From Polyangiales bacterium (GTDB lineage: Bacteria; Myxococcota_A; Polyangia; Polyangiales; JADJQN01): a DNA stretch of 64,000 nucleotides. Positions 43,101-53,290 of this stretch are shown one piece after another. The number at the start of each line of letters is the position of its first letter. Position 1 is the first letter of the stretch. Under the pieces are notes generated by a model. It worked only from the letters and a program-made list of their open reading frames with translations. It was not told the origin of the DNA and did no database searches. The translations under genes were made by a program, and so were the position numbers. The stretch covers positions 224,001 through 288,000 of the forward strand of contig CAXNJO010000005.1 of the NCBI GenBank assembly GCA_964202905.1. The letters are read 5' to 3'.

Positions 43101-45225
43101 CGGCGGCGGCTACGGCTACGGCTCGGGGAGCGGCTCCGGTCACTCGGCCGGGCGCTCGCAACGACGTCCCGCGGTGCGCGCCGCGGCCGCGGTGCTTGGC
43201 CAAGGTGGCGGGCACCGCGCGCTCTCGGCGCTGCTGCGGCGGCGCTTCCCCGCGACGCTCGCGCTGCACGGCGACGTGCCGATCGCGGCCGACGGACGCA
43301 CCCCGATCGCGCTGCCGCTCGCCGACGCGACGACGACCTACGCCGTCGAAGCGGTGCTCTGGGACGAAGCGGGCTGGACGTGGTCGGCGGCGACGGAGCT
43401 GCGCGTCGATCGCGACGTGGTCGTCGATGCGCCGGTGCCGTCCTTCGCCGTCGTCGGCGATCGGCTCCGCGTGCCGGTGCGCGTCGGCAACCGCACCGAC
43501 GCGCCGCTCCGCGCGCGCGTGACGCTGAGCGACGCGGGCCGCTCGGAGAGCGCGGCGGTCACGGTGCCCGCGGGTGACACCCAAGCGTCGCCGCTGACGC
43601 TCGCGCTCGATCGGCCCGGGACGCGCGAGGTGACGGTGCGGCTCGCCCGCGAAGACGGGGCGATCGTCGACGCGGTCGCGCATCCGCTCACCGTCCTCGC
43701 CGACGCGCGGCCCGTGCACACGACTCACGAGGCGATCGGCCGCGGGACGGCCACGCTCGCGTTCGTCGTGCCCGCGGGCGCGACGCGTCTCGCGACGTCG
43801 ACGGTGCGCATCGAGACGGGCGACGCGCTCTTCGCCGAGGCGCCCGACGCGCGCGTCGGCGATGCGTGGGCGCGTGCGCTCCTCGGCCGCAGGGACGACA
43901 CACGCCCCGACGACGCCGCCCTCGCGCAGCTCGCGAGCGCGTCGCGCGCGCCCGGCCCCGATCCGACGCAAGCCGCGACGCTCGCGCGGACGCTCGGCGC
44001 GCTCTGGACGGCGCCCGCCCTCGCCGACGAGGCCGCGCGCGCCGCCCTCGATGCGCTCGCGGCGCAGACCCCCGCAGAGGCCCGCGACGTGCGCGAGGCC
44101 GCGGCGCACGCGTCGACGATCGCGGAGGTGCTGCTCGGCCTCGCACCCGCGGCCCACGCGATGGAGGCGCGCCCCTCGCTCCGCGACGCCCTCACGCGCC
44201 TGCTCACCGCGCTCCGCGCGCGCGTCGAGCGAGAGGCCGCCGCGCTCTCCGACGCGCCCGAACTGCACGCGCTCGCCGCCGCGTCGCTCGCGCTCACATC
44301 GCCCGACGACGCCGCGCTCCCGCCCCGCGCGGAAGAGCTGCGACGCCGTGCGCGGCGCGCCGTGCTGCGCCTCGGCGGGGACGCGTGGATGCCCCGCGCA
44401 GAAACGGTCGACCTCACGCACGGCCCGCGCCGCGCGAGCGCGCTGCTCGCCATCGCGGAGACGCGCGACGGCGATCGTGACCTCGCCTTCGCGCTGCTGC
44501 GCGGGATGCGGAGCACCGACGCGCGCGCCGCAGATCGCCGCGACTCGCCACGACTCGGGGAAGGCGCCGACGCCGCGCTCGCGACCGTCGCTGCTGCGCT
44601 GCTCGCCTCGGACGGGCGTCCGGGCCGCGCGGCCCCCGTGACGGCGATCACCGCGCGCATCGACGGGCGCCCCCGACGTGTCGCGCTCCGGGACGGCGCC
44701 GCGACACTCGACGCGCCCGAGCTCGCGCTCCCTGGCCGGCACCGCGTGGACGTCGCGGCGTCACCGGGCGCCGTGGTGCGCGCGCGCGCGACGCTGCGAC
44801 ACGGCGTCCCGTGGGACAGCGCGCCGACGACGGCGAGCGGCCTCGCGCTCTCGCTCGACGACGTCCCCGCCGCGCGCGATGCACGAGGCGCGTTCACGCT
44901 GGTCGTGCGGAACCGCGCGCCGCGCGTGATCGGCGCACCCGTCGTCGATGTGCTCCTGCCGGCCGGCGCAGAGGTCGACACCGAGGCGCTCCTCGCGCTG
45001 CTGCCCTGCGTCGCGGACGCGCCCGAGCTCGAAGGGCGCACGCTCACGCTGCGACTGCGGCCGCTGCGACCGGGCGGCGAGGTGCGCGTGCCGCTCACGC
45101 TGCGCTTCACCGTCGCGGGGACGCTGCACGGGCTCGGCGTGGTCGCGCGCGCGCTCGATGCGCCGGGCCGCGTCTCCGTGTTGCCGCCACGCACGCTCAC
45201 CCTCGCCGACGGAGACGCACGATGA
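40195..45225 (+). CDS. Alpha-2-macroglobulin-like exported protein A (no thioester motif seen)
   Basis: Signal peptide; DRRLYEPGE (MG2), DRAVY, Gly-rich bait-like region, RRRFP.TL, LADATTTY, VGDRL. Confidence 0.75.
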   Translation: MPLPISVAPPASAGAARLALLVLLATIGVAEPPAHAQPRDAAAPTRGARTGLEVALSGPTSVVRGQVARLHGTAYEVRGLATLRPLPGAELRARYATDAADVPIGPFFRVIAGTDGRFALDVPIPAAARGASRLDVEIAHAGDTRRVESALVVLPSVALDVFADRRLYEPGESMRVWVRALDAVSRAPLAGVAVQVTPGAGLPAAAGLTTGVSGVVVATLALPASLASVSEFGVVRATRAGESPIEALFPYSVGRRVVERMLVDAAVTPDAPTPESPLTVTVRARSASGAALRGARVAVTLSEGEPATATTDAEGVARVAARAPAFLPDATGRVAVTVRVAHPAHGTRTLETSFAMAQPRTLVLGATGPAGGLVPEVPQTLWITLLDAAGRPPDATETVRVAGPAVRGGVFVATTDTHGIVAVPALLPAGAAATHEGATECGGRVATSLDVTVEGDVPRVARLCVNVAREALVGVHAESATATPGAPIPVTIARRPAAADRAVIVELRSLRADAPGVLASHVLAPRETRAVLTIPAGHLGPMLVRARPLDVPGAAEGAGGLDALLVRPARPVFAQLSLDRAVYPVRGEARLTVQTPPGGPRAWVAVLARDLAMHGGEQPFRRTFLDAAFDRALLDPDARDAEALLRVALAADVGADAPPERAAPLVDALGAPVEVEGPLRPATTRGDLRDPLAAADELTRRGVGPLMRAVEAALDEALDGDTGDDDPLEAITVGRGAARRFREDLLAARLGDEARTLGDGVAQTSMLGETDPSFTFERVARRVARRRLVRLLAALASYLEPAADDPDAPRMDAREPANRWLSRMTQCGILSASALRDPWGGHFALRRSARPALTVARAAEGWELASPGPDGVAGSADDVRDPFARAVPAGTPFAVASGEDALMAALGALAPGDATLRAIAAAYTRLTETAAEEARGDAVVAGASEYGEVGGDEGAMGLGSLGILGHGAGGGGYGYGSGSGSGHSAGRSQRRPAVRAAAAVLGQGGGHRALSALLRRRFPATLALHGDVPIAADGRTPIALPLADATTTYAVEAVLWDEAGWTWSAATELRVDRDVVVDAPVPSFAVVGDRLRVPVRVGNRTDAPLRARVTLSDAGRSESAAVTVPAGDTQASPLTLALDRPGTREVTVRLAREDGAIVDAVAHPLTVLADARPVHTTHEAIGRGTATLAFVVPAGATRLATSTVRIETGDALFAEAPDARVGDAWARALLGRRDDTRPDDAALAQLASASRAPGPDPTQAATLARTLGALWTAPALADEAARAALDALAAQTPAEARDVREAAAHASTIAEVLLGLAPAAHAMEARPSLRDALTRLLTALRARVEREAAALSDAPELHALAAASLALTSPDDAALPPRAEELRRRARRAVLRLGGDAWMPRAETVDLTHGPRRASALLAIAETRDGDRDLAFALLRGMRSTDARAADRRDSPRLGEGADAALATVAAALLASDGRPGRAAPVTAITARIDGRPRRVALRDGAATLDAPELALPGRHRVDVAASPGAVVRARATLRHGVPWDSAPTTASGLALSLDDVPAARDARGAFTLVVRNRAPRVIGAPVVDVLLPAGAEVDTEALLALLPCVADAPELEGRTLTLRLRPLRPGGEVRVPLTLRFTVAGTLHGLGVVARALDAPGRVSVLPPRTLTLADGDAR

Positions 45226-48200
45226 ACCGCCATTCAGTGTCCTCGGGGCCACGCACCGCGACGCGCGCCATGCGCCTGCGCGCCGTGGCGCTGTTCATCG
45301 CGACGTGCGCGGTGTCGACCGCCTTCACGACGCGCGACGCAGGCGCGCAGCAGGCCACGCGGCGCGTGGTGCAGGACGGCGAGGTGAGCGGCCTCGAGCT
45401 CGCGCTCGAGGGGACGCGCGCGCCCGTGCGGGGCGGACGCATGCGGTACCTGCTCACCGTCTACGAGGTCGTCGGGCAGCGCGCGCTGCGACCTGCGCCG
45501 GGGGCGTCGATCCGCGTCGCCGCGTCGTTCCAGCGCGATCGCCCGCTCGCGGAGTTGGTGACCGACGCGCTCGGCCGCGCCGAGGTCACGCTCGACGTGC
45601 CGCCCGATCGCGCGGACACACCCTCCGATCACCACCTCGTCTTCGACGTGCGCTCGCCGCGGCGCGTGCGCCGTCGCTTCGAGCTCGACGTGCGCGCCGT
45701 GCCGTCGCTCGCGCTCGAGTGGGTCGCCGAGCGCACCACCGTCGCGCCGGGTGCGCCGCTGCGTCTGCTCGGCCGGCTGCTGTCGCGCACGAGCGGGCTC
45801 CCCGTCGCGGACGCCGAGGTGCGCGTCGCGGTCCTCGGGCCGCACGGCGAGCCCGGCGCGCCGCGCGCGCTGCGCACCGACGCGACGGGCGCGTTCGCGG
45901 CGACCTTCACCGCGCCGCGCACGCCGCAGACGCTCCGTGTGCGCGCGACCCACGGAGGCGCATCCCCCGGCAGCGCGACGACGTCGGAGCTCGCCGTCGA
46001 GGTGCGCCGCACCGAGGCGCCCGCGCTCGTGGTGCGCGCCGCGTCCGTGCGCGCGATCGTCGAGGGCCCGGGGGCGATCGACGTCGATGTGTTCGTGCGC
46101 ACGCCGGAGGGGCGCCCCGTCGCGGATGCGCGGCTCACGCTGGGCGCGCCGCCCCGCCTCGCGCCGGGCGAGGCCGCGCCGCCGGCGACGCGCACCGATC
46201 GCGAGGGCCACGCGCGTCTGTCCTGGCGGCTGCGCGCCGCGGACATCCCCGCGGGCGAGGTCGTCGACGTCGAGGCCCCGATCACGGCGCTGCGCGTCGG
46301 CGCGTCCGCGTCCGAGGGGCGCGTCCGGGTGCGCGTCGCGCGGCGACCGCACGTCGTGCGGACGAGCGTCGAGGGCGGCGCGCTCGTGCCGGGCGTGCCC
46401 GGGCGTGTCTTCGTGCGCGTCGTCCGCGCCGACGGTGCGCCCGCCGCGGGGGTGGCGGTGACGCTCGCGGGCGCGCGGCTCGGCGGCACGCAGCGCGCGC
46501 AGACGGATGCAGCGGGCTTCGCGGCGATCGCGACGACGCCCGCGCCGGAAGCGCGCGACGCGGTCCCCGATGCGTGCGGCGGCGCGACGGCCCTCGCCGC
46601 GACGCTCACCGTCGCGGGCGCGCGCACGACCACCGACGCGATCTGCCTCCCCGTCGATCCGGACGGCACGCTGCGCGTACACCCGCTGCGCCCGCAGCTG
46701 CGCGCGGGCGAGGCGCTCGACGTCGCGATCACCCGCGCGCGCGCCGTCGCGCGTGCGCCCGTCGTCGTCACGCTGCTCGCCGCGACGATGGACGGCGACG
46801 GCGACACGCTCACGCCGATCACCGCGCGCATCCTGCCCGCGGGCACCGAGCGCGTGGTCCTGCCGACGCCCGCGGAGCACGCCGGCGCGCTCGTCGTGCG
46901 CGCCCGCCCGCTCGTCGACGACGCGGGCGGCGGCGGTCTGACCGAGGTCCGCGGCGGCAGCGCGACGGTGCTCGCGACGCGCGGCGCACCGCTCACGACG
47001 GCGCTCACCGACGACGCGGACGGCGCGCACCGCCTCCGCGCGTCGGGCGTCCATCCCCGCAGCGTCGCCGCGTTCGCGCTCGACGCCCCGGGCGCCGCCA
47101 CGCTCGCCGCGCGCCTCCACGCGCTCGATGGACCCTTCGCCGCCGCGCTCGCGGAGACCCCGGCCTCCACGCTGCGCCTCGAGGCCGTGCTCGCCGCGCG
47201 CACCGCGCTCGATCTCGCCGCGCCCGCCGTGCTGCGCGACGGTGCCGTGCTTCCGCTCCCGGCACCGCACGATCCCGCGCGCCTCGGCGTGCTGCGCGAT
47301 CCACTGCGCGCCCGCGCACGCTTCGTCGAGGGCCGCCTCGCGCTCGTGCTGCGCACGCTCGAGGAGCGCATCGCGGAGCGCGAGCCGGATGCGCTCGACG
47401 AGGTCGCCGTGCAGACGCCGCGGGGCTGGGCCTTCAACCGCGAGCTGCTCGACGCGCTCACCGGAGACCCGGCGTTCGGCCCCGAGGGGGCGCGCGGCCT
47501 CGACGGACTCCCGCTCACGATGGACGCGCTCACGGCGCTCGACCCGGCCCTCACCTGGGATCGCATGGCGCGGCGCATCACGCGAAAACGCTTGTTTTCT
47601 TTGCTAATCGCGCTGCGCGCGCTCGTGCGTGAGCGCGATCTCGACCTCGCGTGGGCGTGGCGCGGCGAGCCGGGCGGCCTGCTCCCGCGGCTGCTCACGC
47701 TCACCGACGACGAGACAGGCGAGCCGCGCCTCACGCGCGCGGGGCTCTTCGACGCCTGGGGGCGTCCCTTCGTGCTCCGCCCCGCCCCCGGCGGTCGCGC
47801 ACGCTTCGCGCTGCTCGCGCCGCTCACCGGGTTCGAGGTGCTGAGCGCGGGGCCCGACGGCCGGCCCGGCAACGCGGACGATGTCTGGGATCCCCTCGCG
47901 CGCATGCTGCCCGCGGGCGGCGCGTGGGCCGCCGCCGTCGACGAGGACGGCTTCCTCGCGCAGGCCCGCGGCGTCGCGCTCGGCCGTGCGACGCTCGACG
48001 CGCTCGCGCGCACGGTCGACGCGGAGGCCGCGCTCGACGGCGACGTCCTGACGAACGCCCCCTCCGCGGGGGCGCAGCGCGGAGCGGTGCCGGCGCCGCT
48101 CCCGGTCGACGATCCGCGCGCCCTCGCACCCGAGTCACTCCCCGCGGGAAGCGCCATGCCCCCACGCGCCCTCCACGGCGACGCCCTGCGACTCGCGCTG

Positions 48201-50232
48201 CGCATCCCCGACGCGACCCGCCCGCTCGCCGTCGTCGCGCAGACGCTCGCCGACGATGGCGCGCGCGCCGTCGTGCTGCGCACGCTGCCGATGCGCCCCG
48301 CGCTGCGCATCGACGCGGCCCTCCCGACGCGGCTGCGCGCGGGCGAGACGCTCACCGTCCCGCTCCACGTCACGGCGACCAGCGACGCCGTGCGCGCCGC
48401 GCGCGTGACGCTGGAGGCCGACGCCCCCCTCGACGCGCACCTCGCCGGCCGGCCGGACGAGGCCGCGAATGCGCCCCTCGCGCTCACCGGCGCGGGCCGC
48501 GCGGAGACGCGCGCGCTCGTGCTCACCGTGCCCGCGGACGCGACGACGGGCACCGTCACGCTGCGCGTGCAGGCCTCGTCCGACGACGCGCCGACGCGCA
48601 CGCTCACGCACACCTTCACGCTCGACGACGGTCGCCCGCTGCGCCGCGCCACGCACGGCGCGCTGCTCGACGAGGCGCGCACGCTCACGGCCGAGATCCC
48701 CGCCGATGCCCGCGTCCTCGAGGCCGCGCTCGTGCTCACCGCACCCGACGCGCTGACGCGCGATCCCGACGCGCGCACGCTCGCGCGAGGTGACCCTGCG
48801 CTGCTCGCGTGGGCCGACGCCGTCGCGGGCCGCACCCCCGACGCGGCCGTCGTCGCGCTGCTCCGCGCCGCGCACGGCCCCACGGACGACACCGCCGACA
48901 ACGACCCCGAGGCGACCCTGCGCGCCGCCTGCGCGCTCGTCGCAACGAGCGCCACCGCGCCCGCCGATCCCGACGCCGCGCGTCACCTCGAACGCCTCAC
49001 CCGCGCCGTTGCCCAGGCGCTCGACACGACGTCGCCGCTCTCCCCCGCCGTCGCGCGCCGCATCGCCCGCGCGAACCGCGACACGAGCGGCCTCCCCGAC
49101 GCACAGACGCACCGCGACGCCGAGCGCACCCTCGCGCTGCACGCCGCGGTCGCGGGTGCCCTCGCCGTCGGCGTGCCCTCCTCGTCCGCCGACGCGCTCC
49201 CGTCGCTCGGCAGCCCCACGCCGCTCGCGCGCGGCCTGCAAACGCTGCGCGACTCGCTCCGCGCACGCTTCGCGACGCACCGCAGCGCGCCGGGCGCCGT
49301 CGCCCGCATCGCCGCCGCGCTGCTCCTCGACCGCACCGACGACCCCGAGGCCCGCGCGATGGCGGCCCTCGCCGCGCAGGCCCTGGTCGATGCCGACGGA
49401 CTGCGCTACCTCCCGCGCACCGACGGCGTCGGCACGCCACCGCGCGAAGACCTCGGCGGCACCTTCGCGCTCGCCGCGGCCGCCCGACAAATCGGCGACA
49501 CCGCGCTCCTCGCGCGCCTCCGACCGACGCTCGCGCAGCGCGTCGATCGCGCGCTCGCGACGGGCGGCGAGACGGCCTTCTGGGCGCTCGCCGCCGGCGC
49601 GTACGGCGCACTCGGTCCTAGCGCAGCCCTCGATCCAGCCATCATCACCCTCTCAGAAGATGGTCATACGGAGACCGCCCCGACGACCGACACGTCGCGC
49701 CGCATCCTGCTCGCACCGGCCGCACCCGGCCAGACACAGCGCGTCACGCTCACGCCGTCCGTCGGCGCGGCGCCCCGCCTCGCGCGCCTCGTGGTCACCT
49801 ACACGCGCGCGCCCGCCGCACGCGGCGACGCACCGCTCGCCTTGTCGCTCCAAGGCGATGCCAGGGCAGCTCGGTGGTCGCAGCGCCCTCGAACTCGTCG
49901 TCGAGAACACCGGCCCGGTGACGCTCGACGAGGCGGTGCTCGACGTCGCCCTCCCCGCCGGCGGCACGGCCGACGAGGACACGGAGGCCGCACTCACCGC
50001 CACCCCGGGCGTCGCCGCGGTGCGCGCCCCCGATCGCCGCGGCGTCCTCCGCATCCGCCTCGCGCCCCTACGCGGCGGCGAGCGGCGCACGCTGCCGCTC
50101 ACGCTGCGCTGGCTCGCGCACGGCGCGTTCAGCGGCCTCGCCGTCGTCGCGTGGGACGGCGCGCGCCCCGAGCGACTCACCGTCCTGCCGCCGCGCACGC
50201 TCCGCATCGCCGCGGGCGACGACGCGCCCTGA
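45222..50232 (+). CDS. Alpha-2-macroglobulin-like exported protein B, frameshift near 49860
   Basis: ATGA overlap with gene A; collinear shared motifs (GLELAL.G, YEV.G, LRDPL, DAWG...SAGPDG..G.ADDV, LP.RL..GE, VLPPRTL); C-terminus lies in the 48790..50232 frame. Confidence 0.72.
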
Positions 50233-50275
50233 GCCGCGACGCCCCCAGGCGGCGCTGCTACGACAGCCCACCGCC

Positions 50276-50887
50276 ATGAAGCTCTACGTCACGCCGACCT
50301 CCCCCTACGTCCGCAAGGTGCTCGTCACCGCCCGCGAGCTCGGCCTCGCCGACGCGATCGAGACGGTGTTCCTGCGCCCCTCGCCGATTCAGGCGGACCC
50401 CCTCCTCTCGCGCGACAACCCGCTCTCCAAGATCCCCGCGCTCGTGCGCGACGACGGCCGCGCGCTCTACGACTCACCGGTCATCTGCGAGTACCTCGAC
50501 GCGCTCGCCGGCGGCGGGCGCGTGTTGCCCGCATCCGGCGATGCGCGCTGGGAGGTGCTGCGCACACAGGCCCTCGCCGACGGCATCCTCGACGCCGCCG
50601 TGCTCGTCTTCTACGAGCGCACGCAGCGCCCCGCCGCCTTGCAGTGGGAGGCGTGGATCGAGGGCCAGTCGCAGAAGGCGCATCAGGGCCTCGACGCCCT
50701 CGACGCGCAGGCCGAATCGTTCGCGGAGACGCCCGACATCGGCCAGATCGCCGCCGCCTGCACGATCGGCTGGCTCGAGTTCCGCGCCCCGCTCGGTGAG
50801 CTCCGCGCGACCCGCCCGCGCCTCTTCGCCTGGTACGACCGCTTCGCCGCCCGCCCCGCGATGCAGGCGACGGTGCCGCACGTGTGA
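50276..50887 (+). CDS. Glutathione S-transferase
   Basis: TSPYVRKV, NPLSKIPAL and LYDSPVICEYLD motifs. Confidence 0.95.
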   Translation: MKLYVTPTSPYVRKVLVTARELGLADAIETVFLRPSPIQADPLLSRDNPLSKIPALVRDDGRALYDSPVICEYLDALAGGGRVLPASGDARWEVLRTQALADGILDAAVLVFYERTQRPAALQWEAWIEGQSQKAHQGLDALDAQAESFAETPDIGQIAAACTIGWLEFRAPLGELRATRPRLFAWYDRFAARPAMQATVPHV

Positions 50888-50889
50888 AG
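50851..50889 (+). repeat. Direct repeat, left copy (39 bp, GST 3' end)
   Basis: CCGCCCCGCGATGCAGGCGACGGTGCCGCACGTGTGAAG; matches 52133-52171 at 37/39 positions. Confidence 0.95.
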
Positions 50890-50931
50890 CCTTGAATCGT
50901 CACCATTCGCCGCAAATCGCGGCACCGTGAT

Positions 50932-50982
50932 TCTTGCCTAAGGGCAAAAAAACACGCGCGCAATCTTGCCTGCAGGCAAAAA
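50932..50982. promoter_or_regulatory. Tandem palindromic operator pair TCTTGCC-N4-GGCAAAAA
   Basis: TCTTGCCTAAGGGCAAAAA (50932-50950) and TCTTGCCTGCAGGCAAAAA (50964-50982), 32-bp period. Confidence 0.7.
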
Positions 50983-51000
50983 CGCTCGCACCGTGACGAC

Positions 51001-52110
51001 ATGGAGCGATACCTGCAGCCGGCCGTGCGGGAAGACCTGCAGCGCAAGATGGTGTTCCTCGGCGGCGCGCGGCAGGTCGGCAAGACGACGCTCGCGCGCA
51101 GCCTCCTTGACGGTGGCCCGGGATATCTCACCTGGGACGCCGCCGACGACCGGGCCCTGATTCTCGCGCGGGAGTTGCCCGTCTCCGATCTGTGGGTGTT
51201 CGACGAACTGCACAAATACCGCTCGTGGCGCGGCTATCTCAAGGGCCTCTACGACCGCCGCGCGGAAGGACAGCGCATCCTCGTCACCGGGAGTGCGCGG
51301 CTCGACCTGTATCGGCATGGTGGGGATTCGCTGCAGGGCCGCTATCACTACCTGCGGCTCCATCCCCTCTCCGCCGCCGAGCTCTCAGCCCGCTCCTCGG
51401 AACCACTCGAGACGCTGCTCGCCCTCGGCCCCTTCCCCGAGCCCTTCCTGTCCGGCTCGGCGCGGCTCGCGCGGCGCTGGTCCCGCGAATACCGCACCCG
51501 CCTCGTCCGCGAGGACGTGCGCGACCTCGAGCGCATCGTCGAGCTCGACAAGCTCGAGCTGCTCGCGGCGCGGCTCCCCGAGCTCGTGGGCTCACCGCTG
51601 TCGGTGAACGCGCTCCGCGAGGATCTCGAGGTCGCCTTCAAGAGCGTCGAGCGCTGGATCTCCGTGCTCGAGCGCCTCTACGCGGTCTTCCGCATCGCGC
51701 CGTTCGGCACACCGAAGCTGCGGGCCGTGAAGAAGGCGCGCAAGCACTACCACTTCGACTACGCGCAGGTGCCGGACGAGGCCGCCCGCTTCGAGAATCT
51801 CGTGGCTTCGCACCTCCTGAAATGGATTCATCGCGAGGAGGATCTCGAAGGCCGTGACCTCGAGCTCCGCTATTTCCGCGACGTCGACGGCCGTGAAGTG
51901 GATTTCGTCGTGCTCGAGCGGCGCACGCCGATCCTCTTCGTCGAATGCAAGCTCACGAGCGCGCCCCTCGATCCCGGCCTGCGCTATCTCGTGGAGCGAT
52001 TCCCGCGCGTGCCCGCCTGGCAGGTCGCGCTGCGCGGCGACCGCGACGCGAAGACCCCCGAGGGCGTGCGCCTCGCCCCCGCGTGGAAGCTGCTGGCGAC
52101 GCTGGCCTGA
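51001..52110 (+). CDS. AAA_14 ATPase with DUF4143 / PD-(D/E)xK C-terminus
   Basis: GARQVGKTT, FDE, VTGSA, SLQGR, FENLVA and YFRD..GREVDF...VECK motifs. Confidence 0.92.
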   Translation: MERYLQPAVREDLQRKMVFLGGARQVGKTTLARSLLDGGPGYLTWDAADDRALILARELPVSDLWVFDELHKYRSWRGYLKGLYDRRAEGQRILVTGSARLDLYRHGGDSLQGRYHYLRLHPLSAAELSARSSEPLETLLALGPFPEPFLSGSARLARRWSREYRTRLVREDVRDLERIVELDKLELLAARLPELVGSPLSVNALREDLEVAFKSVERWISVLERLYAVFRIAPFGTPKLRAVKKARKHYHFDYAQVPDEAARFENLVASHLLKWIHREEDLEGRDLELRYFRDVDGREVDFVVLERRTPILFVECKLTSAPLDPGLRYLVERFPRVPAWQVALRGDRDAKTPEGVRLAPAWKLLATLA

Positions 52111-52132
52111 CGCGCGCCGGCGCGGATGAGAG

Positions 52133-52171
52133 CCGCCCCGCGATGCAGGCGACGGTGCCGAACGAGTGAAG
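52133..52171 (+). repeat. Direct repeat, right copy (displaced GST 3' end, ...MQATVPNE*)
   Basis: CCGCCCCGCGATGCAGGCGACGGTGCCGAACGAGTGAAG. Confidence 0.95.
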
Positions 52172-52177
52172 ACCCGG

Positions 52178-52210
52178 GGCGCGTTGCGACACACCCCTTC
52201 GCAACGCGCC
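52178..52210. terminator. Perfect 12-bp hairpin between convergent genes
   Basis: GGCGCGTTGCGA-N9-TCGCAACGCGCC. Confidence 0.55.
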
Positions 52211-53187
52211 TACAACAACACCACACACCGATCGCGCGGGCCGAGCCAGCTCAGCACGTTGACCCAGAGCTGCGTGATCTGCGGCATCGAGGACCACTGC
52301 GAGTCGAACTGAATCCACTCGTCTCCCCAGACGAAGGCGCGCCCCTCGCCGAGCTCCACCGCCACGCCCGCGGCGCCGTCCGCGAGCCGCGCGACCGTCG
52401 TGCGCGTGCCCGGCGTGCCCATGATCTCGCCGACGCGGTAGCCGCCTGCGAACGTCACTGAACTCAAGCCCTCCGTGAGTGGATGGGAGTCGAACATCGT
52501 CACGGGGCCATTGCGCAAATCCGAAAGATATTCGACGCCGAGCCCGACGAAGAGGCCATTGGGGCGCGTGCGGTCGGCGCCGCTCCCGTCGTATCCCGTC
52601 ATCGCCATCACCCCGCCGCCTGCCGCGACGAAGTCGCGCAGCAACGCGGCCTCCTCCGCCGAATAGTCCCGCACGAGCCGGTCGAGAATCACGACGTCGA
52701 ACGCCGCGAGCTGCCCGGCGGTGAGCGGCGTGCCGTCGAGCCCGAAGCGCGTCACCGACGTGCCGCGCGCCTCGAGCCACGCCTGGAAGCTCGACGAGGC
52801 GAGCGAGCCGGGATTGCCCATCACGCCGATCTGCAAACAATCGCAGAGCCCGTCGCCCGCGACGTCGATGTCGTCGATGGCCCCGTTGCAGTCGTCGTCG
52901 AGGCCGTTGCACATCCGCTCGGGCGTCTCGGTGGCCACGCACATCGGGCCCTGGTCGGGCGCGCCGAAGTCGACGGTGGGTCCGGCATCCGGCGGCTCGC
53001 GGCCCGCGTCGAACCCGGCATCGATCCGCGGCACGCACGCGCCATCGACGCACATCGATCCGCGCGCGCAGTCCGCCGACGACACGCACGCGCCGGGCGT
53101 CCGCGCGTCGTCGTCGTCCCCGCACGCCGCGAGAAGCGAGACTGTGAGCGAGAGCGAGAGCGAGAGAAGGATTGGCGTCGTGCGCAT
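52210..53187 (-). CDS. Cys-rich lipoprotein with MopE-type repeat and GATase-like/DUF4350-like C-terminal domain
   Basis: Lipobox LAAC; CNGLDDDCNG; FDVVIL...FVAAGGGV...GEGRAFVWGDEW. Confidence 0.75.
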   Translation of the reverse strand: MRTTPILLSLSLSLTVSLLAACGDDDDARTPGACVSSADCARGSMCVDGACVPRIDAGFDAGREPPDAGPTVDFGAPDQGPMCVATETPERMCNGLDDDCNGAIDDIDVAGDGLCDCLQIGVMGNPGSLASSSFQAWLEARGTSVTRFGLDGTPLTAGQLAAFDVVILDRLVRDYSAEEAALLRDFVAAGGGVMAMTGYDGSGADRTRPNGLFVGLGVEYLSDLRNGPVTMFDSHPLTEGLSSVTFAGGYRVGEIMGTPGTRTTVARLADGAAGVAVELGEGRAFVWGDEWIQFDSQWSSMPQITQLWVNVLSWLGPRDRCVVLL

Positions 53188-53290
53188 GGCGCGACTCTCG
53201 CACGGCACGCGCGGCGCAATCGACTGGCGCTCCATGGAGCCGTTATACGCCGCTTTGCACCGTACGGCGTACAAGGCGCGCTTCGCGCCG

